Assembly (NCBI RefSeq): GCF_009834535.1
Contig: NC_045705.1
Coordinates: 71,734,001-71,798,000 of the forward strand
Source of the DNA: Camelus ferus
Lineage: Eukaryota
DNA: 64,000 nt
Reading direction: 5' to 3'
Position numbers and translations under genes: made by a program. This document shows positions 24,101-33,998 of this stretch, piece by piece. Position 1 is the first letter of the stretch, and each line of letters starts with the position of its first letter. The notes beneath the pieces were generated by a model. The model was given only the letters and a program-made list of their open reading frames with translations, searched no databases and was not told where the DNA came from.

Positions 24101-27100
24101 GGCATGGACCACTCGGCCTCCAGGGACGCCCGCGAGCCCGTCATCGGGCCAAGGTAAGCACCCACTGTGCAGGACTGACCCGCGCGCGGACCCTGGCGGC
24201 CCATCCCAACGCCGCCTTCCCCTCTGTCGGGGGCCGGGCATGCGGACCCCCTTCCCAGCAGAAGCAGGAGCTGCCTGGCCGCATCCTTCCCTTCAGCCTG
24301 TAGGATGCTTGTGCGGGCGCTGCTGGGGGCTCTGTGCTGGCCTGTGTGCGTTCTCCTCCGCTCTGTGTTGCTTCGGTTTTTGGAGGACGTTTTTGGTATG
24401 GGTTCTCGGTTGCCCACTGTTCCCAGAACTTTAGAGGTGCTGCTTCGCCCTCCGTCCGCTGCGCTCCGGCCACGAGACCCTCGCCAGCCGCGTCCCTCCT
24501 GCTGTGTTGCTGCTGGGCGCCCTGCTGTGTTGGTCACGGGGTGCGTTCGCGTAGTTCTGTTTCTGCGCCTGGTTCTCACTGAGCCGCTTAGGTCTGGCTT
24601 TACGCTTCTCACCGTCTCTGGGGAGGCTGTAGCCTCTCTCTTCAGGTACTCTCCCATCCTTCCCTTTCTCCCTCCCCTTCCAGGCCCACGGGTGACTTCC
24701 CCCTGTCCACTGGCACTCGTCTTGTCTTTTTGGCCTTCATCCCTGTGTTTCCCTTTGTTTGGTTTTGCTGCTGTCTTGCGGCTCACAGGCCGTTTCTCTG
24801 CACGTCGAGTCCGTTTGCTTGTCTGTGCTGCTTCTGCCGCGGCCTAGTTCTCTGATCCGGCAGTTTGTCCTGGGGCTTCGCCACTGCACGTCCCCTGCGC
24901 AGGGTGAGGGTGGCTGCCTGGCACCCTGCCTGCTGCTCCGTCCAGATCGTGCTGGGTGCGGTGGGCGCGTTCTCTCCCACCGCAGTCTCTCCCACCGCGG
25001 TCCTGTCCAGCCGGCTCTCCGCGGGCCTCTGCTCTGGGCGGGACACCAGGCGCTGTGCGTTTCGCCTGGCCAGGCGCTGGGCACTTCAGTGATCCTGAGT
25101 CTCCACTCTTGTTCCTGGTGCCGTCCCTTCCCCTGGAAACAGAGTCAGCCGTTTCTCTCAAGGCCCTGGTCCTGTCCCTGGGGACGGTCTGGGAGCCGTG
25201 ACCTGAGCCTGCAGGCCTGCTCACCGCAGGGGCACAGCGCATCTGCCCAGGCAGGGGGTTGGGCGTCTGCCCTGGCTGAATGTCTGCTGCCCACCCATGG
25301 TCCCCAGTGACCCCCTCAGGTCTGCCCTGGGGCAGGGACAGAGGTTGGCCCTTGGCTGGAGTCATGGGTTCTGGGGAGCTGTTCCCAGACCCACTCACCA
25401 TTGAGTGCAGAGGGGGCTCCCCTGTTTCCTCTGGGTCCCTCCTGCTCTAAGGGCAGGGCCTCCAAAACAAGGTGGGATGCCCCCAGGGAGCTGCGACCAC
25501 TGCTGGACAGGGCCTCAGAGGTGGGACCTCAGGGCCAGTCGTGCCCCCTGTGCACCAGCTGGTCTGGGTCTGGGTCTGGGTCTAAGCAGGCCTGGGAGCC
25601 CTGCGGAGAGAGCAGGAGGATTGGCCTGGGTACCACCTGTTTAGCTCAGGCTGCCCCACCAGGGCCGTAGCTGGGCTCGAGCCACAGAAGTGTGTTGTCC
25701 CCAGTCCCAGAGGCCGGAGTCCCAGATCCAGGGGTGGGCAGGGCCGGCTCCTCCCGGGCCCTCTTTCCTCGGCGTGGAGACAGCCGTCTTCTCCCCGGGT
25801 CCTCACGTGGTCGTCCGTCTGTGTGTGTCTGCGTCCTGATCTCTTCTTGTAAGGACGCCAGTCCTGTGGGATTAGGACCCCCCCCAGGGTACCTCAGTCA
25901 TTTTACACTAATCACCTCTTCAAATCTCAGCTTCAAATAGAGTCACATCCTGAGGTTCCTGGGGTTAGGACCCCAGTGTGTGGTATGGGGGGACAGAATT
26001 CATCTCCAGCAGTATCTGAGGAGTGAAGGGCTATAATTCACTCACTAAGCGTGGGTCCAGCAGTAGCTCATGAAGTGGAGTTGTTGCAGCCCCTAACCCA
26101 GCTTGTGTGGTCCTGTCAGAGGCCCCGCCGCTCCCCAGGGGCTTTTGAGGAGGGGGCGGAGGGGCGCAGGGGAGGAGCAGGTGCCTCTGAGGGCCCGCCT
26201 CCTGCCTGGCTGGATCTCCCCCAGGACTCCTCAGCTCCCTAACCTCGGTGGGCAGGAGGAGGTCGTCCTCCAGGGCGCAGGGGCATCTGGGTGCCCAGGG
26301 TGTGGGGCGGGGTGCCTCAGGGGCTGGCGTCCAAGTCCTGGCTCTGCAGGCAGGGCTGCTGCTCCTACTAGGAGGGTTGAGCTTGAGCACCAGAGGAGGT
26401 GTGGGGCACACACGTGGCCCTCAGTGTGGTCACCCCCATGGTCCCCACAAGACCTGATTCACATTTAGGGTCTCTGCTGAAGAGAGGGCAGGCAAAGCAC
26501 AGACTCCCCCACTGTGCCTCCCCGGGTGTGTGACAGTAGAAGCACCGACACACTTGCGGGGGCGCACATGGCCGAGGTGCCCCCACCCCACTCTCATGGG
26601 GGGTCAGGAGATAACGGCCCCCTCCACGTGGGGACTTGAGCCCAGGGAGGGGTCGCATCCCCCCAGGACTGTCCCCGGGCAAGGGCTGCAGGCAGAGAAG
26701 AGGCCTCATTGATTGACAGTTATCTGTCACACAGAGGAGACACAGAGTTGGGGTGGAGGGCGCCACCGTGAGCTCACTCTGAGGCTTCATTGTCCCGAGT
26801 GCCCCCACCCCTGCCGCTTCCTTCCAGGGCCCTGGTCTGCCATCTGTCGCCTGCTGCCAGCCCCTTGTGTGAGCCTCGGGCAGGGGACTGGGGCAACCCC
26901 GCAGGCAGGGCCCACGGCTGGCCCCTTTGGGTTGCATTTGACCTCCTTTGCCTGCAGCCTGACTTCTAGACCATCCCCCTGGAGCACAGGGGAGTTGACA
27001 CACGTGCTCAGGGTGTTGGGGCTCAGGCACCCTGGGCGTCATGGTTAGGTGCCTCCTCGCATGGCTGGGCAGCAGAACCTCTCCTCTCAGGGCCAGGTTC

Positions 27101-30100
27101 TTTTGATCTGGTGGACCGAATGGAAGAGCTTAGTAAGGCTGTCTGCAGATGGTATCTGTTTGCCAGGGGAGGGGCGGGCTGCCTCTACAGGGTGTGGGCG
27201 CAATCAGCCGGGTCCAGCTCCCCCAGAAGTGGGGGAGCCCACCAGGATGGAGCCCCCTGCATGGCCTCTGTCCCCTGGGCAGGGGAATGGGCCGATGACT
27301 GCACGGCCACTTGGACTTGCCACTGACAGAGGCTCCGCCCAGCCTGGCCCAGGCTTACCTGCCCTCCCTCTCGGCTTCTCCAGCGCTGAGACCTGGGCCT
27401 TCTGTGGCAGGTGTCCCAGCCCCTCGGGGCAGTGGGACCAGCCACCACGCCGTCTGCTCCCCAGCACACAGAGCCAGGGCCCGAAGGCGGGGGCAGGAGG
27501 CCAGCCATCTGTGCCTGCCTCGGTGGGGTCGGTCTTCAGAGGTCGTTTGTACACGTTCTGGGTCCCCCCTCCCCACCGGCCTCTGCTCACCCACCCTGGG
27601 TGACATGCAGACTCCATCATGACCACAGCCAGGCTCCTGCATGCATGGCCTGGTAGCTCTCTGACTTTGAGGAGTCTGGGCGACTATGAAACACCCCAGA
27701 AGGGGCCGGGGCGCCGCAGCCTGCAGGCTCATGTGCCCCATGGAGCAGGGTCCTGTGGCTGCAAAGCCCCCTCTTCTGAGAGGCTGTCCTGCCTCTGGGC
27801 AGGCCAGGATGCTCTGCCCAGCCCCAGGAGGGCCCTCAATCCAGGTGGGCACTTGCTCTCCTGCACCTTTGGGGTCCACACTCCCCACCTTGCCTGGCCT
27901 CTCCTGCCCCAGTCCAGGGGGCCTCCCTGGGGATCTCGGTGAGAGCCAGCCCTCAGCAGAACTCAGCCAGATGGGTCCCCAAGGGTGGGTGGTGCCCGGC
28001 AGACCATCCCCACCCCCCGGAAGCCTCTTGGTGGGCCAGGACTCCAGGGGTCAAGGGCACACGGGCATGGGGAAGCTCTACCAGCACCGCCATCCTGCAC
28101 CGTGGTCTCTCTGTCTTGAAGGGGCTGAAGCAGGCTCTGGCCCCAGGACTGCGGCCTGACTGCTCCTGTGCCTCTGGGCCTCCTCCGTGGCCTTCCTTTC
28201 CTTCTACTGGGTTTGGGCTCTGCTGTCTGATCCCTGAGCCTTCCCTGGGCCTTCTCCCAGCATCCTGCCCCGGTTTCTCAGGCCCAGGGTCCCCATGTGC
28301 CGGGTTGGCTTCTAGGTGTCCTCTGTCCCTGCACTGGTTTCCTGGCACACCCTCTGCTGCGCTGTCTGCTTGCTCCTGTGTTGGAGGCTTTCCTTGAGGC
28401 ACAGCTCAGGATGAGTCCCGCTGCCAGCAGGTGGGGACTTGTGAGCCAGGGTCACCAAGGGGGCCACCTCCTCATGTCACCCAGAGGTGCCCACTGGACT
28501 CCCCGTGTGGGCCTGAGGCAGGGAGGCCCTGCCTCTTCCCCATGCCCTTTGTGGGCCCAATCTGGGAAGGCCAGCACCAAGGGGACATGGAGCCCTGGCC
28601 ACAAGCTGCAGGGGTGCTGCAGGCAGGGCCCACCGCCTGCCAGAGGGGCATTGGGTTGGGGCTTAGTGTGAGGGGGCTCGGGTTGCAGCAAAAACAGGAA
28701 GGAGAGGCCACTCGCTGCGTGGGTCCCACACAGTGTCAGGCCTAGCCAGTCTGCTCCGCTGGCCAGTGGGAGGTCAGGGGTTTGGGGCTGGGGTGCAGGT
28801 GAGCCCACCTGGTCATTGGCTGCACCCCCACGCTTTCCGTCAGCCCCTCACTGACTTCTGGTCCCCATCCCCGCGCTCTGTCCCGGGGTCAGTGTCTCCC
28901 CTCTCCTCCAGCTACAGTGCGGCCCAGCCGGTGTCCTTTCTCGTCAAAGGTGCAGCTGTCCCGCACCGTGGTTGAAGGGGCTGACCCCTCACCCTCAGGC
29001 CCTTATCTCTGGCCGGTCTGGGCCTTGGTGGGCTCTCTGGGGCTCCCTCCAGAACCCTCTGCGGCCTCTGCCCAGCCGGCCCTGCTGAGGACGGCTGACG
29101 TCTACCAGGCCTCTTGCACTGCAGGTTCGAGGCAGTAGGGTGTTTAGGGGACGCTGGGGCCACGGGCAGTGGGTGGGGCTCCTGGGTCTCCCCAGTGCAG
29201 GCCGCAGAGACCCCGTGGGCAGCAGCAGAGGAGAATGTCCCCTCCTGGAAGGCCCCCGGCCTGCTGCAGCTGCTCCTCCCAAACCCACTTCCTCCCGTGC
29301 CCCTGGCAGGGCTGGCCCGTCTGTCCCCCCTCTGCCCGCCACAGGGAGGGCGGGCCACACCCTGGCCCAGCAAGGTGGGAGTCAGAGCCCTCGCCACAGA
29401 AACCGAAGCCCAGGGGAGGCCTGCGCTGGGCCAGGTGCCTGGGCCTGGCTGCAAACTGCAGGGGCTCTGAGAGGAGCCTGGGTGGGCTCTCAGGACAGCC
29501 GCCCAGCCACCCACTCGCCCAGTGGAGCTGCCCAGTGGGCTGTGTGTCCCCCCTCCACCCAGCACAGCCTGGTGGAGGCAGGAATCTCAACCACCCATCA
29601 GCCAGGCAGGGCTCGGGGTCCTGGGCGAGCTCAGTGAAGCTCGTCGCTAGGGACCTCGGCTGTCTGGCCGTGGGGCACCTTGGGAGCCAGCCAGCCCTCT
29701 GTGTTTGAGAGCAGGGTATTCTTGAACCCTTGGCTCCTGGCAGTAAGGCCAGGCCTACTGCAGGCTTGGGGCAGCTGTGTCCCCAGTAGGGAAGGCTGGC
29801 CCAGGGCAGCCTGGCCTCTGGAAGGGTCCGGAAACCACCGCCCTGGACAGCTATCCCCAGACAGGCTAGGGTGCGGGGTGCCAAGGGGCCTCAGGAAGCG
29901 GCCCCCAGGCCGCGTTCACCCTCGAGGCCTGCACCTGCCCCCAGCCCCCCCACCAATTTCAGAAGTTGCTGCTTCTCCTGCAGCAGCAAGCAGCCCCCTC
30001 CCTCCAGCAGGCACCGCGCCCGCAGCACGGGCACCCGCGCTCTGCCCGCGTGGGGCGGAGGTGCTGCAGCGAGAGACTCACGTCACACGCGGTGCTCTAG

Positions 30101-31069
30101 TGCAGCCAAGTCGCAGGGCGGCAGTGAGCCTGGAAACAGCCTCGGCCTCTGCTTGTGTCTCAGGGGCCATCTGTCAGGGTCTCTGTCCTCCCCCTACCCC
30201 AGCGAGGACCCACATGGCCCTGCTCCTTGGCATTTCCTCGTGTCCAGGCCGCACGTGTGGCCCTCCCACCGGCTGCTGGCACTCCCTAGGCCATCGACGT
30301 CCAGCACCCCACGTGCTTCCGCCCTTGGGCGGCCTCACCCCGCTGGTGACGGGAGAGGCCACCTCCTCCCTGTCTGGGTGTTGGGGCGGGCAGGAAGGGC
30401 TCCAGCACCTACACCCGGCTCCCCCCCGCCAGGTACATCCAGCTGCTGAAGGAGCACAGGCCCCGGATCGTGTGGGACAGCCAGGCCGCTGAGCACTTCT
30501 TCGAGTACAAGAAGTGAGTGTCCCGGAGGAGGGCCCTGGTGAGGCGTGGGCCAGCCGGGAGTCCCAGGCCAGAAGCCCCTCTGCCCCCAGGGCCAGCCTG
30601 GCCTGAGGAGTAGCACCGGGGAGGGCCTTTTCTAGCCAGACCTGCGACCTTGGCTGGATGGGGAGGAGGGCCTGGGAGAAGCGGAGGCAGGTGGGAATCA
30701 GCCTGGCCAGACAGAGGGTCCCGCTCTCTTGCAGAAGCCGTGGTGGGAGGCACGTCGTCTTCTACCCTACGCTGAAGGTGGGTGTGGGCCTGGCCTTCAC
30801 GCTGGGGGTGTGGGCAGCCGGCACCACCCCTCCCCTGACAGCCTTGGCCTCAGCCAGGCTGGGGTGGGCAGCAGGGGTCAGCGTGGGCTCGGACCTGGGC
30901 ACATTTCAGGGCCGGGTGGGGCCAGGGCAGCCTAGGGACAAGGGGCGGGACTGAGCTTCCTCTGCCTCAGTCCTTGCAGATGCGGCTGGAGCTGGCCAGG
31001 GAGCTGGGTGTTGGGGTGTCCATCTGGGAGCTGGGCCAGGGCCTGGACTACTTCTACGACCTGCTGTAG
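15155..31069 (+). CDS. CHID1: Chitinase domain-containing protein 1 (SI-CLP; catalytically inactive GH18-fold), spliced CDS, 393 aa
   Basis: join(15155..15265,15831..15980,16230..16362,17041..17085,17742..17848,18098..18159,19417..19509,23303..23404,23998..24153,30433..30513,30735..30777,30971..31069) = 1182 nt, all GT-AG and in frame. Signal peptide [19 protein letters not shown]; motifs [21 protein letters not shown] (degenerate DxxDxDxE) and C-terminal [18 protein letters not shown]. Exon 2 acceptor at 15111/15112. Confidence 0.97.
22148..22411. repeat. 88-bp minisatellite, 3 near-identical copies, in CHID1 intron 8
   Basis: Units start at 22148, 22236 and 22324 (gtggggtctggacgttcatgggttcctgagcgaatgtccacctgggggcgggtaggcttgtgaaacgtggaaacgtcttcctggagct) and differ at only a few positions. 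Confidence 0.95.
24300..24900 (-). mobile_element. Ancient antisense L1 relic (ORF1 region), heavily GC-shifted, in CHID1 intron 10
   Basis: Strong T-over-A skew on the + strand. tttttggtatgggttctcggttgcc...cagaactttagaggtgctgc resembles antisense L1M (gctggatatagaattctgggttgacag...cagcactttaaagatg). Minus-strand peptide [26 protein letters not shown] resembles the L1 ORF1p C-terminal IFKVLKEKNCQPRILYPAKISFKNEGE. Recognised by eye. Confidence 0.55.
25638..26010 (+). mobile_element. MaLR MLT1-type solo LTR in CHID1 intron 10
   Basis: acagaagtgtgttgtccccagtcccagaggccggagtcccagatccagggg ... ctcttcttgtaaggacgccagtc...ggattaggaccc ... gtcacatcctgaggttcctggggttaggac ... ggggggacagaattc follows MLT1 order. 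Confidence 0.75.
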
Positions 31070-31124
31070 GCCCAGTCTGGAGCCGACCTGCGCTTTCCCA
31101 AGAGACAGAAGGACTGATGTGCAA

Positions 31125-31130
31125 AATACA
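31125..31130 (+). terminator. Candidate CHID1 poly(A) signal (variant AATACA)
   Basis: Only PAS-like hexamer I found downstream of the stop (31069) before the TSPAN4 3' end. It is followed by pyrimidine- and GT-rich sequence. Confidence 0.45.
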
Positions 31131-33567
31131 GACTCTTCTCCATTCTCCATGCTCTGTATGCTGTGGGCATCGGGTGGGGACAGAGGTCCTGGGACCCAGC
31201 CTCCCCTTCAGTGACGTGGAGCGGGCAGTCCCGGCCAGGTGAGGGCAGGAAGCAGAGCCCCCACCACACAGGGTGGCCGGGGGTCCCACTGGCCTGCAGT
31301 TTGCTGTGGGTTTGGAGACTCCAGGACAATCCCAGGGTCCCCCACACCAGGACTCCAGGCCCCTGTTCACATCTCTCCGACTTTGGGCATCTTCCCAGGG
31401 CAGTGCAGAGGGGCCCGCCTCCCATTGCAGGCTCCGGCTTGGCCTGCCTGCAGAGGAGCCTGACAGGCCCCACAAGTAGAGGGCGTGGGGGCCAGCTCTG
31501 CCCCAGGGGACCTGGGCCCTCTGGGAGCCCATTGGTGCCCATGAGCTGTGTGGTCGCTGTGGAGTGATAGCTTGCTGCTGGCCCGCTGCCCACAGGTGCA
31601 GCCATGCTCCCAGGGGGACACACTGGGAAGAAATCTGGGATTGCCTGGAGCCAAGGGGCAGCTGAGCCTGCCCTTACCCCTCCCCAGTGAGGAACCTCAG
31701 TGAGCCCACTGGTTCCCAGCAGATGAACCCCTGTGGTCATGCTGACTGTGCCTGTGGGCTCGCTGGTCAGATGCCGGGCGTGGGCTCGGGTACAGCTGAT
31801 GAAGCACATGGGGTCACAGTCACTGCTGCTATGGGGCATAATTAGGGGAGGGCTTTAGGGGACACACAACTGTCCCTGGGGTCGAGGACTGGCCGGGTCC
31901 TCAGGAGTTGCCCCGAGGAGCTGCTCGTGGTGTGGACAGGAAGTCTGACCTCGCAGCTCCACAGCAGAAACCAGTCTGTCTGGGAAGGCAGCCCACCTGG
32001 GCACCCAGCTTCTGCCAGTGTGGGCTTCAGATAAGTACATGGGCTGGTACGTCAGACAGGGCCCTCTCCCGACCCACACAGAGGCCTCCCCAGGGCTGTC
32101 CCCACCTAGGCCTGCTATTGGGGTGGGGTAGGGTGGTCTGTTGGTTCTGGGAGACAGGCCTGGTCCCCCAGATCTGGCGTGTGAGGTGGGGCTGGGCTCG
32201 AATGGAAGGAGGGGTGAAGTGGGGCCCTCAGAAGCTGCTGTGAGTGGGTGTGTGCGCTCCTGTGTGTGCATGGGGGTCAGTCAGTGTGCCGGTCTGCCGA
32301 CTGGCACATGGGGCCACAGCCCATCTCCCCAAGGCCCCACCTTGGCACCCCCCCCCCACCGGCTGTGGGCTAGAGGGCGGAGCTGAAAGCACGAGCTGGT
32401 TCCCTCCAACTTCAGAGGCATCAGTGGGAGGGGAGCGCAGAGGCCACTGCACTGGGAGTGAGTGCTGGGACCTGGTGTGTTTGGAGGTCTGCTCAGGAGT
32501 GGGGACACGGAGGGAGGAAAGTCAGCAGTGGGGCCACAGCGTGAGTCAGTGTCGGTGGACGTGGAGCGAGAGGCATGCCAGGCGCACATGAGGCTCCCCG
32601 GCCTGGGGTTTGGAAGACATGGAGGACCAGCAAAGGGGCAGCCTGGGCCAGGACACACCGCAGCAGGCAGCAGGGCTGGCCCTGGAGGAAACAGGCCCTG
32701 CACGTCCCAGTGGGACCAAGGCAGCTCAGGGGCTGAGGGGAGCTGAGTCAGGGCTGGATTGAAGGCCCACGTCAGCCTAAGTCCCTGTGTGACCTCTGGT
32801 GGCTTCCGTGGAATGAGGACAGGTGGAGTCAGTGGGATGAGTGTGATGCCAACAGGAAGCCAAGAGCCAGGAGGGGCCAGGTGTCCTGGTGGGCTGGGTG
32901 GTGCCTTGGTTGGTACTTGGCTGGGCATCACCAGGCAGGTCGCCGCACAACAGCAGTGATGCAGAGGGGGTCGGGGTGACCAAGCGGGTGGGGCCACAGG
33001 GCGAGCAGGAGTAGGGGCTGGAAACAGATTATGGGTGCAGTTTTGGGGGTCAGATGCCCCACAGCTAGTGAGGCCCCTGGGAGGGGCCCCCAGACCTATT
33101 GGCCTCTGCACTCCCCCTCAGTGCTGACCTCAGGAAGCCTCATCCCGTCTGAGGTGGTTTGACGTAGCTTACCCACTTCTCTAACTGGGCTGTGACAACC
33201 GTTCCGCTCCCGACAGCCTACTTAATTTGCAAAATCTTGAGAGGAGCACTCACAGGGCCAAGTCCCTAGGAACAGGAAGTTACAGGAAAGATGGAGCTGA
33301 AGTCCCTTCGGTGAGGACAGCCCAGGGGGAGGGCGAGGCCCCAAGGCGGGGGTGGGATGTCAGGGAGGCTCAGGGCTCTTCTCTTACACTGCTTGGATTC
33401 CTCTTACTAAGGTTTTCCTGCCGTCCTCTGCAGACACAGGAACCCCCGTCCGTCCAGCCTGGGCAGCTCCCCAGGCCCACCCACGCCCAGGACCCCCACT
33501 CCAGGCACCAGGCCCATAACGAGTCAGGGCATTGACAGACACGGGTCAGGGGCTGCTGCCCACACAC

Positions 33568-33573
33568 TTTATT
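33568..33573 (-). terminator. TSPAN4 poly(A) signal AATAAA
   Basis: tttatt on the + strand about 430 nt past the TSPAN4 stop, with GT-rich sequence downstream on the - strand. Confidence 0.85.
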
Positions 33574-33998
33574 AAGATGCACCCAGAGCCTACCCTGGCC
33601 CCACTGTGGAATGTGGATGGTGGGGCTGTGGCCCCGCCTCGAGCACCAGGACCAGCGGTCAGCCCCTCACCTCCCACCCCAACCCGTGTGTGGCCCCAAC
33701 CCCCTGCCCTGGACAGGGTTTGTTGGGGAAAACACTACTCTGGTGAATACTTGGGTGTAAAAAGTGCCAGAAGCCCCTCCCGACCCCAGCCCCAGGCCAG
33801 GACTCGGCCACCCCATCCAGCATCACGTTCACAGGCCTGGCTGGGAGTCCTGGGGGGGGTCTGGCTGCCTGCTCCTCCCCTCCTTATGCCCAAGCTGGTG
33901 AGAAGTCCTGCAACGGGGGAGGCAGGTGGGGACGCAGTCCTCTCCCCAGTGGGCAACATCCTTTGGCAGCGAAGCAGGGATGGCAGGCAGCACGCAGC

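Noticed and set aside
24090-24115. CHID1 NLYGMDH versus recalled human NFYGMDY
   Set aside because: The aromatic residues I associate with ligand binding (Y84, W88, W110, W277, Y302 by this numbering) are all retained. This is ordinary divergence.
24305-24847. 180-aa hydrophobic + strand ORF resembling a membrane protein
   Set aside because: It has a non-canonical context, and the Leu/Val/Phe richness follows from the T skew of an antisense L1 relic.
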